Source: Hypanus sabinus
Lineage: Eukaryota
DNA: 64,000 nucleotides
NCBI RefSeq assembly: GCF_030144855.1
Contig: NC_082710.1
Location: 133,052,001-133,116,000 of the forward strand
Direction: 5' to 3'
Each line of letters begins with the position of its first letter. Positions within the stretch are counted from its first letter, which is position 1. Of this stretch, positions 12,235 to 23,991 are shown piece by piece. The notes under the pieces are model-generated. The model saw only the letters and a list, made by a program, of their open reading frames with translations, made no database searches and was not told the origin of the DNA. Position numbers and translations under genes: made by a program.

Positions 12235-13085
12235 GATGTATCTGGATTTCAGCAAGGCATTTGATAAGGTACTGCATTGAGAAAGTAAGGAGGCATGGGA
12301 TCCAAGGGAACATTGCTTTGTGGGTCCAGAACTGGCTTGCCCACAGAAGGCAAAGTGTGGTTGTAGACGGGTCATATTCTGCATGAAGGTCGGTCACCAG
12401 TGGTGTGCTTCAGGGACCAGTGGAGGGATGGGTTAGTAAATTTGCTGATGGCACAAAGGTTGGGGCTGTGTGGATAATGTGCAGGGCTGTCAGAGGTTAT
12501 AGCAGGACATTGATAGGATGGAAAAATGGGCTGAGAAGAGGCAGATGGAGTTCAACCCAGATAAATGTGAGGTTGTTCATTTTGGTAGGTCAAATATGAT
12601 GGCAGAATATAGTATTAATGGTAAGTCTCTTGGAAGTGTGGAGGATCAGAGGGATCTTGGGGTCCGAGTCCATGTGACACTCAAAGCTGCTGCGCAGGTT
12701 GACTCTGTGATTAAGGCAGCATACAGTGTATTGGCCTTCATCAATCATGGGATTGAGTTTAGGAGCGGAGAGGTAATGTTGCAGCTATATAGGACCCTGG
12801 TCAGACCCCACTTGGAGTACTGTGCTCAGTTCTGGTCACCTCACTATAAGAAGGATGTGGAAGCCATAGGAAGGGTGCAGAGGAGACTTACAAGGATGTT
12901 GCCTAGATTGGGGAGCATGCCTTATGAAAACAGTTTGAGTGAACTCGGCCTGTTTTCCTTGGAGCGACAGAGGATGAGAGGTGACCTGATAGAGTCGTGT
13001 AAGATGATGAGAGGCATTGATCGTGTGGATAGTCAGAGGCTTTCTCCCAGGGCTGAGATGGCTAACACGAGAGGGCATAGTTTTC
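12235..13085 (+). mobile_element. CR1 ORF2 fragment, internally deleted
   Basis: YLDFSKAFDK, KFADGTKVG, MEFNPDKC, LVRPHLEYCAQFWSP. Preceded by a Rex1-like endonuclease scrap (LPREFTGVTLVTVYVPP, about 12150-12225). Confidence 0.85.
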
Positions 13086-14216
13086 TGATTCTGATTCTGA
13101 TCTATCTTTTCAGCTTTTTGTCTCTCCTTTTCAGAACCTTCCATGCATCACCACGTTTTTATACAAAATAATGCATGTTCCACCCCGGCACTATGTGGGG
13201 TACCACAGGGTCCAGTGCTAAGTCCTGAGGCTGCTCACAATCTATATCAGTGACTTTGATAAGGGGTTCAAGTGTAACATGTGCAAGATTCTTGATGATA
13301 CAACACTGGATGGCAGTTAGGTATGAGGAGGATGCAAATTTTAGGGGGCTGTAGTGGCAAAACCAAAAACCAAACAAAATCAAAACAATTGCTGCCAGGA
13401 TGCAACCACTACAGAGATGTTATACTGGCTTGACCCGCCCCAGCTCCAATGTCTGCTTCAAATCCTTTATTAGGAATTGGCAAATATGTAACCTAGAAGC
13501 AATGAACTTAAGCATACCCAAGTGTAAGCTGAACATTATTCAGCAATATTAAGTGATATGAACTCCGCCAGTCACAAGTTACAAACTGCCGCAAAATAAG
13601 CAAGAATATGTGACCTATTCCCTTCTCTTTTACTATGCCCCCGCTCATGTGACTAGTTGCCATAACAAACAAAATAAACACACAACACAGAATGCAAAGC
13701 AGAGAGAGAGAGAGAGAGACAGATGCGTGGCTCCTACAGGGGGATATAGATAGGCTAAATGAATCGGTAAGCTAATGGGAAAAATGTGATGTCATCCACT
13801 TTGGGGGGAAAATATAGACACAGTGTTTTCTCATTGATGAGAATGAAGAGAGCTGGTGTCTGGAGGAAACTGTGTCCTTGTATAAATCCACAGAGATGTC
13901 GCAGGATAGAGAGAATAACAGTGGGCTGTCAAAGACCATCAGAGCAGCAGAGGGGTCAGGAGATCTGGTTCTTGAACCTTCAGCTGGCCACTTTGGGCTT
14001 ACTCTTGCGGAAGGGCTTCACAGCAACCTGGGTTTGAACAAGTTGGTGGACTGTGTGTGTTGGACTATGCCACAGATGATCTAATCACTGGTCCTTTGTA
14101 CTTGATCGGAATTTGCTGTCTGCAAACTGGCGGAAACTTTGCAACAGCGGCTTATTGGCTGAAAAGCACTGGCACCCAAGGCACTAGACAGAGAACAAAT
14201 ACTGCCAGTTCTGGCA

Positions 14217-14555
14217 TCAGATTCAGCTTTAGTATAACTGGCATATGTTGTGAAATTTGTTGTCTTGCAGGAGCATTACATTGCGATACATAATAAAAAA
14301 GCTAAGTTATAATAAGAAATATATATAAAATACTAAATTAAAAAAGTTGTCCAAAAAGAGAAAATAATAGTGAGGTAGTGTACATGGATTCATCGTGCAT
14401 TCAGAAATCCAATGGCAGAGAGTAAGAAGCTATTTCTGAAATATTGAGTGTGTGTCTTCAAGCTCCTGTACTCTTCCTTAATGGTAGCAATGAGAAGAGG
14501 GTGATGGGGGTCCTTAATAATGGATGCCACCTTTTTGAGGCATTGCCTTTTGAAG
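14217..14555 (-). mobile_element. Rex1-type 3' fragment
   Basis: Similar to the other Rex1 tails in the window. Confidence 0.6.
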
Positions 14556-14917
14556 GCAATCTGAATTTAAAAATAATCATGAACTTGGAATTATTCAGCA
14601 GTCCAGAATGCATTTGTGATGACAGGGGATTAACAATTTATGGTGCTGACTTTTCATCTGAATTACCTGGTCATTAATGCTATATAATTCTCCTTAAATG
14701 TTGTCTGACATGTGGAAATTTACAGTGAAGTCTATTTTCATTGATACAGAACAAGTCTCATCAGTTTACTGTTAAAGTATTTAATATTTCACCAAGGGCA
14801 AGTCATTCAGTGGGTCAAAATTCATAAAGTTATTTATGTTTATGGGTCGCTTGAGACCGAATATCCCAAAGATACTGTATACTGATAAGTTACTGTAAGT
14901 TACACTTTAAGGAAAGA

Positions 14918-15775
14918 CTATAGGAGTATGAGAAAAAGGAGCAGAATTAGACCATTCAGCCCATCAAGTCTATTGTGCCATTCTATCATAGTTGTGTTCA
15001 TAAATTACACAAGAGGGCCCATAATGGGTGGAACAGTAGCATAGTGGTTCACACAATGCTTTACAGTACAGGTGACCTGGGTTCAGTTCCTGCCAGTGCC
15101 TATAAAGAGTTTGTATGTTCTCCCCGTGACCCTGTAGGTGCTCCGGTTTCCTCCCACAGTCCAAAGATGTAGTGGTTGGTAGGCTAATTGGCCGTTGTAA
15201 AATTGTCCTGTGATTAGGCTAGGCTTAAATTGGGGTATTTCTGGGCAGCATGACTCAAAGCGCCAGAATGGCATACTCTGTGCTGAATCTCAATAAATAA
15301 ATTATCCCTCCCATCTCCATTCTCCGGCCTTCTCCCTATAAACTCTGACACCCTTACTAATCAAGAACCCCTCAACCTCTGCTTTACACATATGGAATGG
15401 CCTGGCCTCCACAAGCATCTCCAGCAATGAATTAAACATATTCACCTCCCTCTGGCTATAGACATTCCTCTGTACTAAAGGGACATCCTTGTATTCTGAG
15501 GCTGTGCCCTCTGGCCCTAGATTCTCCCACCATAGGAAACAGCTTCTCCACATCCACTCTATTGAGGCCTTTCAATATTTGCTAGGTTTCAATGAGGTCC
15601 CCCCGCCTTCTTCTAAACTCCAGAGTGTACAGGCCCAGACCCATCAAACGATCCTCATACATTTTCATTTCCAGAGTCATTCTCGTGAACCTCCTCTTGA
15701 CCCTCTGCAATACCAGCACATCTTTTCTTAGCTCACAGTATTCAATTGTGGTTTGACCAATGCATTATAAGGCCT
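14918..15775 (-). mobile_element. CR1 3' fragment interrupted by a V-SINE
   Basis: ORF2 C-terminal homology at 15302-15775; tail resumes at 14918-15000. Confidence 0.7.
15025..15303 (+). mobile_element. V-SINE (HE1-like, tRNA-derived)
   Basis: A/B boxes, then the V-domain GAGTTTGTATGTTCTCCCCGTG...GCTCCGGTTTCCTCCCACAGTCCAAAGA. Confidence 0.8.
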
Positions 15776-16969
15776 CAGTTGGACAATCTTGGTTCGTTTC
15801 TCTGGAGTGGTGGAGGCTGAGCAGAAACCTGACATAAGTTTATAAGATTATGAAAGGCACAGGTAGAGCAAAAAGCCAATATCTTGTACCCAGCATCAAA
15901 ATATCTAATACTTGAGGGCATTAATTTAAGATGGGGGGGGGGGTCAATTCTAAAGAGAGATATGTGGCAAGATTGACCCAGAGTGTGGTGGGTGGCTGCA
16001 TATTGCTGATGGGCAAATATGGTAGAGATGTTAAAGAGGGTCCTAGCTGGGCACATGAACCCGAACTGTCAATTGCGGATTTGCCTCCATAGATGCTGTT
16101 TGATCTGGTATGCTTTTCCAGGATGTTGCCTGTTATTCCAGACTCTATTACTTGCAGTCTGTTGTGTCCCCCATCTTCAATGTTACGTCCAAGGCAGCAC
16201 ATGTTGGTGAGACACATCACCCACACTCCCAAAACCAAGCATTCCACTTGGAGTTCTGTCACATCAATGCACCTCAGGGAGGGTGGAACAAAATCAGTCC
16301 ATGGACCTTCCTAAAATCTCCTTGAGAGAAGATCACATACTTGCTAACTGTGAGGAATCCCTGCATGATGACTGATCAAGATGGAGAAGGGAAAGTTAGG
16401 AAGGCACTAACTTCGCTGGTGCAAGGCATCTGAAACACCTCTCCTGGCAGTCAGTCAAGCATCACTTACCCCGCCCTGGCGCAGTTTGAGGTTTAAACCC
16501 GGGGCTTGTCAGTCTTTGCAGACTGGCACTGAGAAGCAGAAGTAGGACTGGTAAATTTGGAGCTTAAAGGTGAGGAAGTAGGTGGAAGCTCAGAGCCACT
16601 GCTTGTCCTGCTTAATATCCCCACCTGGGCTCAATGGAGGCTCGCTGAGGTGGATTCTGGTATTCTCCTAATGCGTTGAAAGTGAGATGGGGTAGGTTCA
16701 AGGGGAACGTGAGACTGAGGTTTTTACTCAGAGTTGCGTGGATGCCTGGAATGCGCTGTCTGGTGTGCTGGTAGAGGCAAATACATTAGAGGCTCTTAAG
16801 AGACGTTTACATAGGCATGTGAATGTGAGGAAGATGGAGGGATATAGACATTGTGTAAGTGGGGGGATTAGTGTTCAGGGATTATTCAATTTGCCTTTTA
16901 GCTGGTTCTGTACAACATTGTGGGCTGAAGGGCCATTTCCTGTGCTGTTCTGTTCTATGTTCCTTTAAA

Positions 16970-17375
16970 CCTAATCACCTCTGGGTGATGATAATGGTGA
17001 AATGAACTGAAGTTTTCGGTGATATGTGTACTGGAAAGTACTTTGAGTGTGTCTAAAAGTACAGCAAATTATTAGATCATGCCAGTTTCTCTGGTTGTTC
17101 CATCAAACACTAACAGAAATGACTAGTTGCTTATTTGTACAGAAATTAATCTTCCCTCTTTAATAAGTTAGAACTGAAGATGTTTGCTAATCTGCAGTTT
17201 GGGTTGGATTATTTTGATAATCATGTAAGGTAAATATTTTCCAAGCAAGATATATATATATATATAAAACATAGTTCTGTATAAAACCAATGTGCCTTCA
17301 AGCTTTGCACTGTCTCAATGTATATATTAAGAAATATATATTTAGATGTTCTATTTGATGGTCATATACAAAATC
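16970..17375 (+). repeat. Copy 1 of a ~400-bp diverged direct repeat
   Basis: Colinear with 19260-19680, e.g. CCATCAAACAC, TATTTGTACAGAAATTAA, TATTTTCCAAGCAA, CTGTATAAAACCAATGTGCCTT. Confidence 0.85.
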
Positions 17376-17519
17376 AAATATGTAGAAACTGTGTATGTAT
17401 TTGATTGCAATCCTCTCACTTTAACGTTACCCCGCTGCGAATGCCACGCTTTGAACTGGAAAGCTACCTTACCCTCTGCTCGGTATCACAGTTGCTGTCA
17501 CATTCCTTCTCACTCCTCC

Positions 17520-18437
17520 CCTCAGATCACGTAGCCAGTCCTGTCGCTCCCTATCCAACGTGAAGCAAACCAACCCTCCTTATCTCCTCCTCCTTCCCAC
17601 TTGTGGCCAAGCCTAAACGCTCAAGCCGAGCTAGTTCTCGGGGACGCGATAGCGAGGCAGCTCGCAGGCGACAGAGTTGGGAATCGACAAGAGGCAGGGA
17701 GAGCCCTGCAATTTGGCAGGGGAATTCCCTCCCCTCTCGCTGGGGCTGCATTCCCCCGGGCTCAGGGACACAGGAATAGGCTGACTCCCCATGCACCAAG
17801 AGGGAGAGAATTTATTTGTGCTATGAACTCTGCAGAGAAGGCCACGTTTTCAGTGCACGCTCTCCTAATCTGCAAACAAAAAGTTGCAATATTTTCTTGA
17901 CTCAGAGGCGGATGAAACGCACCACCCGCCTTTAGATGTTAAACGACCGACCTGGAAGCAAGATTTGTCAGCTCTAGCTCAGAAACCTTTCACTAATCTT
18001 ATCCGCATTTCCACTCTGAAGGACACGGGAGGTTGGTTCGAGATTATTGCATTTGACTTTTTTATATGTGTGAAAGATAGTAACTGGGTCAAAAATCGCA
18101 AGGATATTGTGGATCGTTATGTAATCGGAAGCGATAATGCCTGAAGTAGCTGTCTAAAGAGATAGCAAACATTGACAATAAAACGCTTGGTTAGAAGGAA
18201 GGGGCGTTTCTAGATACTGGTCAGCGCGTGTAAATCACGGAAAAGTTGGCTTCTGATGTTGTGACAGTGATCAGGCTTTCCTGAATTTGGAAGGAAATGG
18301 TTCTGGTGTCTTGGAAGGGTTTTTAGTGACGCGATCCTCCCACGTGTCAGTCCTCAATAACCGCAACTCTAGCTCAGTTTACAAGCAAGCAGAAGGAAGA
18401 ATTAAGCTGTCCACTGTCCGGATCCCATCCCAGAACA
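17520..18437 (+). promoter_or_regulatory. Probable TBC1D4 promoter and 5' UTR
   Basis: Repeat-free and locally CpG-enriched, directly upstream of the ATG. Contains GGGAATTCCC (17720-17729), CCCGCC (17925-17930) and CACGTG (18341-18346). TSS not determinable. Confidence 0.6.
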
Positions 18438-18845
18438 ATGGAGCAAAACAACAACCAACCCGTGCAGGAAGAGAAGAGCAAGGCTGAGAAGAGGTTCTCC
18501 CTGTGGTACATGGGGTGGTCCACACTGGACAGGAGGACCACCTTGCCCATGTTACCCTGGCTGATGGCCGAGATCCGCAGGCGCTGTGAGAAACAGGAGT
18601 TGGGGTCGTCCTTGGCTGCGCGGGAGGTCCTTCTCATTCTCAGCCCACCCCTCGTCCGATGTGTCCCCCAGGCTACCGGTGGTAACTCGTCCGTCTTCAT
18701 CTTTGAGCATAAGGCGCAGCACATCATCAGGTTCATCCATAACAGTCATGACCTCACCTACTTTGCCTATCTCATCAGGACTCAGCCTGACAACCCCGAT
18801 ACCGAGATGGCCTGCCACGTTTTCAGAGGCACCGACCCCAATCAG
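18438..18845 (+). CDS. TBC1D4: TBC1 domain family member 4 (AS160), first coding exon (PTB1 domain, 136 codons)
   Basis: KRFSLWYMG...[17 protein letters not shown]...[28 protein letters not shown]...MACHVFR matches TBC1D4 exon 1. Kozak ACAATGG, upstream in-frame TAG at 18324, phase-0 donor CAG|GTAGG at 18845/18846. Confidence 0.93.
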
Positions 18846-19048
18846 GTAGGCCCTTGGTCCACCAAATACAGTATGGTTGCATTACATTTGACGTGCGTCT
18901 CAGTGTTTGCAGGTAGAATGATCTGCTGGGTCACTTTGTAGACAGACCCAGATATAAATTATACCAAGATTGTGCAGTCAGTATGCCATATTCGATCCTG
19001 AACAATTACACCTGGTATGAAAAATCTTGATTATCAAGAGTCTGGCGC

Positions 19049-19833
19049 AGCAAACTTTAAACTGTATTTCCCAAAATAATTTATATTTATATCAAAATAT
19101 AAGTCTGTGCAGTAGGTTGAGCTAGAGTTGCAGTCACTGCCAGAACGACACTGTTCTGGGACTTCAAACCTAGGATTTATCAAAACACTCCTTTGACACA
19201 TAAAAAACAGAATGTTTCATTGTAACTTATTTTAACTCCAACATAAGTGCAAAGCAAATACTTAATTGCCTTTGGATGATGATAAAGGTCAAGTGAACTG
19301 AAGTTTTCACTGATATGTGGTATCTGGAGAGAAGTACTTTCAATGTGAGAGACATTGTGTACAAGAGTACAGCAAAAGGGGATCATGACAGATTCCCTGG
19401 TTTTCCCATCAAACACAAGCAGAAATGGCTAGTTGTGTATTTGTACAGAAATTAACCTTTCCAGTTTAATAAGTTAGAGCAGAACATGTTTGCTAGTCTG
19501 CAGTTTGAGTTATTTTGATATCATGTCAGTTAAGTATTTTCCAAGCAAATGTATATTAAAGGATATACTGTATAAAACCAATGTGCCTTTAAGGTATGCG
19601 CTGCCTCAATATACAGGTATATCTGTATATATTAATAAATATATATTTAGATATACTGTTCGATGTTCATGTACAAAAGAATCTTTGTACACTAATGTAC
19701 AATTTCTATATGCCAAATGACCGATGAAGTTAGGTGCTTTTTCCAGTCTTTAAGCAAACTTTAAACTGTATTTCCCAAAATAATTTATATTTATATCAAA
19801 ATATAAATCTGTGCAGTAGGTTGAGCTAGAGTT
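19049..19833 (+). repeat. 81-bp direct repeats (19049-19129, 19753-19833) enclosing copy 2 (19260-19680) of the ~400-bp repeat
   Basis: The two 81-mers differ at one position. Confidence 0.9.
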
Positions 19834-20927
19834 AAGGATTCAGGATTTTTGTGAATGTGAAATCCCATAATAAAATCCAGATATAAAGATAAATTACTTT
19901 GGGGAAATGTTTGCTGAGACTGACTGTTAATATTCAAAGATTTTTCACACCAGATTGATTGACAAGGATCAGATGTGCCTCCTGGGTTCAGAACCTCGGT
20001 AAAGTTTTGGTAATTCCTGGAGAGTTTTCAATAGGGTTCTCGGCATTCAAATTAATTCCAGCATATGTTCTGGCACAGAATGATTCTATTGTTCAGGACT
20101 TCGAGCTCTGGGGCTTTAAGCACAGGGTACAAAATGTGTTCTCAGGTGAAGGCTAAATAGTTGGCTTTCTGTATGTGAGGGCATAATGATGAAGTACAGA
20201 CGAGCATGACCTCATTGCAGGCAGCCAGTGTGAATGGGTGTACTGTGGCTTGCCATGTGGAACTGAATTCAGACAGGGTGTGCTTGTGTGCAGAGTATAC
20301 CAAGGTCTTATCCGCAGTTTAATTTGACACCAGTAAGTGTAAAATAGAAGTGTTGTCTGTGTTTGGTTAGCTTAGTTTTCTTTGTCAATTGGCAGCAGTT
20401 TTGCAATAACCTAATTCCCTACTTTGTAATCTATTGGAATTATCCGACCTGAAGGAGGCTGAAGATCTTAGAATGGCAAAGGTAACACAGTGTGGCATTT
20501 ACATCCAGCTCTATAACTGATGTCTCACTTTGTATCTAAAATTAGGATCCATCAGTAGCAGCAGTGTGTCAGAATGGAATTCCATGTTGTTGGACTATAT
20601 TTGGAATTGGATTGCATTAACACTGCTGTGAAACAATCAAAAAGTGTTCTGTACTTTTCCATTGAAATATGTATACACTTTAATTCTGCCCACACTCTGT
20701 TGGTTCATAGCTCTCTACTCTGGAATGGTATAATGTAGACTTTTTTGGTCTTGTGTATTCTACATGCAATTTTACAGCCCCCTTTTTTTAATTGTTAGAA
20801 CTCTCATCAGCATTGGCAGTATTCAGCTGCCCTTGCTCTCCTCTCTGAACCTATGCTTCAGTGCCATTTGGATTAGTTATCAAGGGTTTGAGATGATTGT
20901 TAGTCTACACTTGAGGTCAGGATCATC

Positions 20928-21025
20928 CAGTCCTGACGAAGAGTCTCGGACCGAAACTTCGACTGTTTATTCCTTTCCATAGATGGTGCCTGACTTGCTG
21001 AGTTCTTTAAACATTTTGTGTGTGC
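20928..21025 (+). mobile_element. Penelope-like pseudo-LTR fragment with a minimal type I hammerhead motif (20928-20965)
   Basis: CAGTC-CTGACGA-AGAGTCTCGGACC-GAAA-CTTC-GACTG. Confidence 0.7.
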
Positions 21026-21329
21026 TTCCTTCAGGGATTAACAGGTCGATGTCTTCCAGTGCATCAATGGATTCAATCTGATCACATTCCTATTCAAATA
21101 GATCTGATATTTTGAGGGCTGGCGAAGATGCTTCAAAAACATTTAATCAGAAAAAAATTGTACTTATAAATACTGCATGATTACTATTTCAAAGTTGTAC
21201 TCGCTATAATGACAAAATGATATACACATTTGTCTGTTACTGAATTTTACGAGATTTATAGCATTTGGCGCATGTACAGTTTACAGGATAGAGTAAGCAC
21301 TTTACAGCTAAACCAAATATAGACTGCAG

Positions 21330-21435
21330 ACCTAGTCCAGGGTTTTGTGTTTAAGTCTCTTGATTGGGACTTGAATCTACAGCTATCTGCCTGGGGGAAC
21401 AGAATGCCGCTACCTACTCAGCCACAGCTGACACT
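21330..21435 (-). mobile_element. Old tRNA-derived SINE head (SacSINE1/DeuSINE-like)
   Basis: Minus strand GTGTCAGCTGTGGCTGAGTAGGTAGC...TTCAAGTCCCA...GAGACTT. Confidence 0.5.
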
Positions 21436-22631
21436 AGAAAGGGTACAAACTGGAAGGAACAACCACATAATGGTGGAAACTCTAATTAGCCCACACGGAT
21501 TAAGAAAATTGAGAATGCTGGAAGCACTCAGTAGATCAGGCAGCATCTGTGGAGGGAGCATTAATGCTTCAGGTCCATGACTTCTCATCAGAAATCCGCT
21601 CATTTTTCCCTCATGAGTACAAGAAGCTCAAAGCTGACTGAAGCAGTCCAGTTCCTGCTGGTGTTATCCCAGTCCAGTCTGGCTCAGGATCACAACACTT
21701 ACTGAGGCATCAAGGACGGAGACTCAACCTTCAAATGATCTCACCCAAAAGCAATGGTATGCTTGATAGAACATCAAAATGCAGCTAAAAGTGAAGGAGA
21801 ACAGGACAGGACCTATCCTGACTCTGGATTGTGGTCGAATAGTAATATAAATGCAGGGATCCAGATTCCGTTATGTCCGTTGAAAATGTCCATTATGGAA
21901 AAAAACAGAATTCCATCACTTGGCCAATGTATATGGTAATACTTGTTAAACTCAATTCATGCCTGTTGATCTTAGATAATGCCAGGACTGAACATAGTGG
22001 AGGTTTTATCAAGGAACCACTCCACTGACACACTAAGAGCACAATTGCAACATAACCAGTGTGTGGAGTACAAGGATTGCTACTCAAAATTCATGGCAGT
22101 GTGTGGCATTTGCATTTAAGACTCTGTCATTTTGATTCCACTGATACTTCTAATGTATTCTGATGATAATTATCCATTACATTGATTTTCCAACACTTTC
22201 TTTAATCCTGTAATTGTTATTGGTTTGGCATCCTTCATTTTTTTGATGACATTCTCCTGTTAATATTTACTATTTTGTTTCTCCATTTTATATTCACCAC
22301 ATGCTCCCTACCAGCCAATTCCCCCCCCCCCACCCCCCACAATTACCCCCAGGAGAGGCTGGTCTCAAATTATTCCTTATGCTCAATCTGTTTTTTCTTC
22401 AGAAGGTTTCATTGAACTATCTGGTTATTCCGGTTCCTTCAAAGACCCCCCTTTCCTGAGGGGATGTTCTAATCCTTCTCTGATAAACATATAATTGGTT
22501 GCTGATAGGAGACAGATAAGATCTGTGCTCTTCCACCTTGTGGGATCTTTCTGTTTTCCTCTTTCTGCAGTATGACACAGCTTTCTCCAGTACATTTCCT
22601 TTTGAAGTGATGGAGCCACTCACTCACTGTA

Positions 22632-23067
22632 TGAGGGATGATTGATAAGTTTGTGGCCTAAGATAGAAGGAGATGAGTTATACAGCTCTTGTTACATGCA
22701 CATGCAGTTCAACTCTTTGAGTGATTATGCAGAAAATTTGAAGTTAATAACTCATTTCCTACCTTAGGCCATGAACTTATCAATCACCCCAATGAGTATT
22801 AACTTTGAACTTTATGCATAATCACTCAAAGTTGAACTGCATGTACATGTAATGAGAGCTGTGTAATTCATCTCCTTCTACCTTAGGCCACAAACTTATC
22901 AATCACCCCAGCTGTGGACTCTTCCTGGAGGTCCAAGATCTGAATGCTCCACGACTGCTGGACTAAGTGTGTAAATGTAGGAGGGGACTATGTTGAAAAA
23001 TAAACGTGCTAGGCTTTCTAAAATTGACTCTTCTACCTTAGGCCACAAACTTATCAATCACCCCTCG
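22632..23067 (+). mobile_element. Non-autonomous mariner element with extra internal TIR copies
   Basis: TA on both sides. TIR is (C/T)GAGGG.TGATTGATAAGTTTGTGGCCTAAG. Transposase C-terminus WTKCVNVGGDYVEK* precedes the right TIR. Confidence 0.85.
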
Positions 23068-23118
23068 TATATGTAGGATTAAAACATCCTGTATAATTAC
23101 CTGTACAAGCCATGAACA

Positions 23119-23991
23119 ATGCAGATATTACCTCTTCATTCAAAATCACTTGGAGTTCAAAAGGGAACCATGAAACATTACATTCAACAAAAGATTAAGA
23201 AGCTCGATGACCTTCGCCTGGTCAGGGAGAGTGAGGTGGTGATAGAGAGGAGTTACAGGCAGGTGGTCACTCCGGGACCACGGGAGGCAGATAGGTGGGT
23301 TACAGTCAGGAAGGGGAAGAGGCAGGTACTAGAGAGTACCCCAGTGGCTGTACCCCTTGACAATAAGTACTCATGTTTGAGTACTGTTGGGGGGGACAGC
23401 CTACCTGGTGGGAGTGACAGTGGCCGAGCCTCCGGCACAGAGGACGGCCCTGTAGCTCAGAAGGGTAGGGTTAGAAGAAAGAGGTCCATAGTAATAGGGG
23501 ACTCAATAGTCAGGGGCTCAGACAGGCGTTTCTGTGGAGGTGACCGGGAGTCCCGGATGGTAATTTGCCTCCCTGGTGCCAGGGTTCGGGACGTTTCTGA
23601 TCGCGTCCAAGATATCCTGAAGTGGGAGGGTGAAGAGCCAGAGGTCGTGGTACATGTAGGTACCAATGACATAGGAAGGAAAGGGGAAGAGGTCCTGAAA
23701 CGAGAGTATAGGGAGTTAGGAAGGCAGTTAAGAAGAAGGACCGCAAAGGTAGTAATCTCGGGATTACTGCCTGTGCCACGCGACAGTGAGAGTAGGAATA
23801 GAATTAGGTGGAGGATGAATGCGTGGCTGTGGGATTGGAGCAGGGGGCAGGGATTCAAGTTTCTGGATCATTGGGACCTCTTCTGGGGCAGGAGTGACCT
23901 GTTCAAGAAGGACGGGTTACACTTGAATCGTGGGGGGACCAATATCCTAGCGGGGAGGTTTGCTAGGGTTACAGGGCGGACTTTAAACTAG
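23119..23991 (+). CDS. CR1 ORF1 with SGNH/GDSL esterase domain; first ~27 codons come from flanking DNA
   Basis: IVIGDSIVR, VHVGTNDI and KDGLHLN blocks in an open frame. Confidence 0.75.
   Translation: MQILPLHSKSLGVQKGTMKHYIQQKIKKLDDLRLVRESEVVIERSYRQVVTPGPREADRWVTVRKGKRQVLESTPVAVPLDNKYSCLSTVGGDSLPGGSDSGRASGTEDGPVAQKGRVRRKRSIVIGDSIVRGSDRRFCGGDRESRMVICLPGARVRDVSDRVQDILKWEGEEPEVVVHVGTNDIGRKGEEVLKREYRELGRQLRRRTAKVVISGLLPVPRDSESRNRIRWRMNAWLWDWSRGQGFKFLDHWDLFWGRSDLFKKDGLHLNRGGTNILAGRFARVTGRTLN

Noticed and set aside
16170-16670. Unclassified GC-richer segment upstream of TBC1D4
   Set aside because: No ORF homology, termini or TSD that I could support.
18846-18941. ORF 18438-18941 as a complete 167-aa protein
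   Set aside because: TBC1D4 homology ends at the GT donor (18846); the rest is intron read-through.
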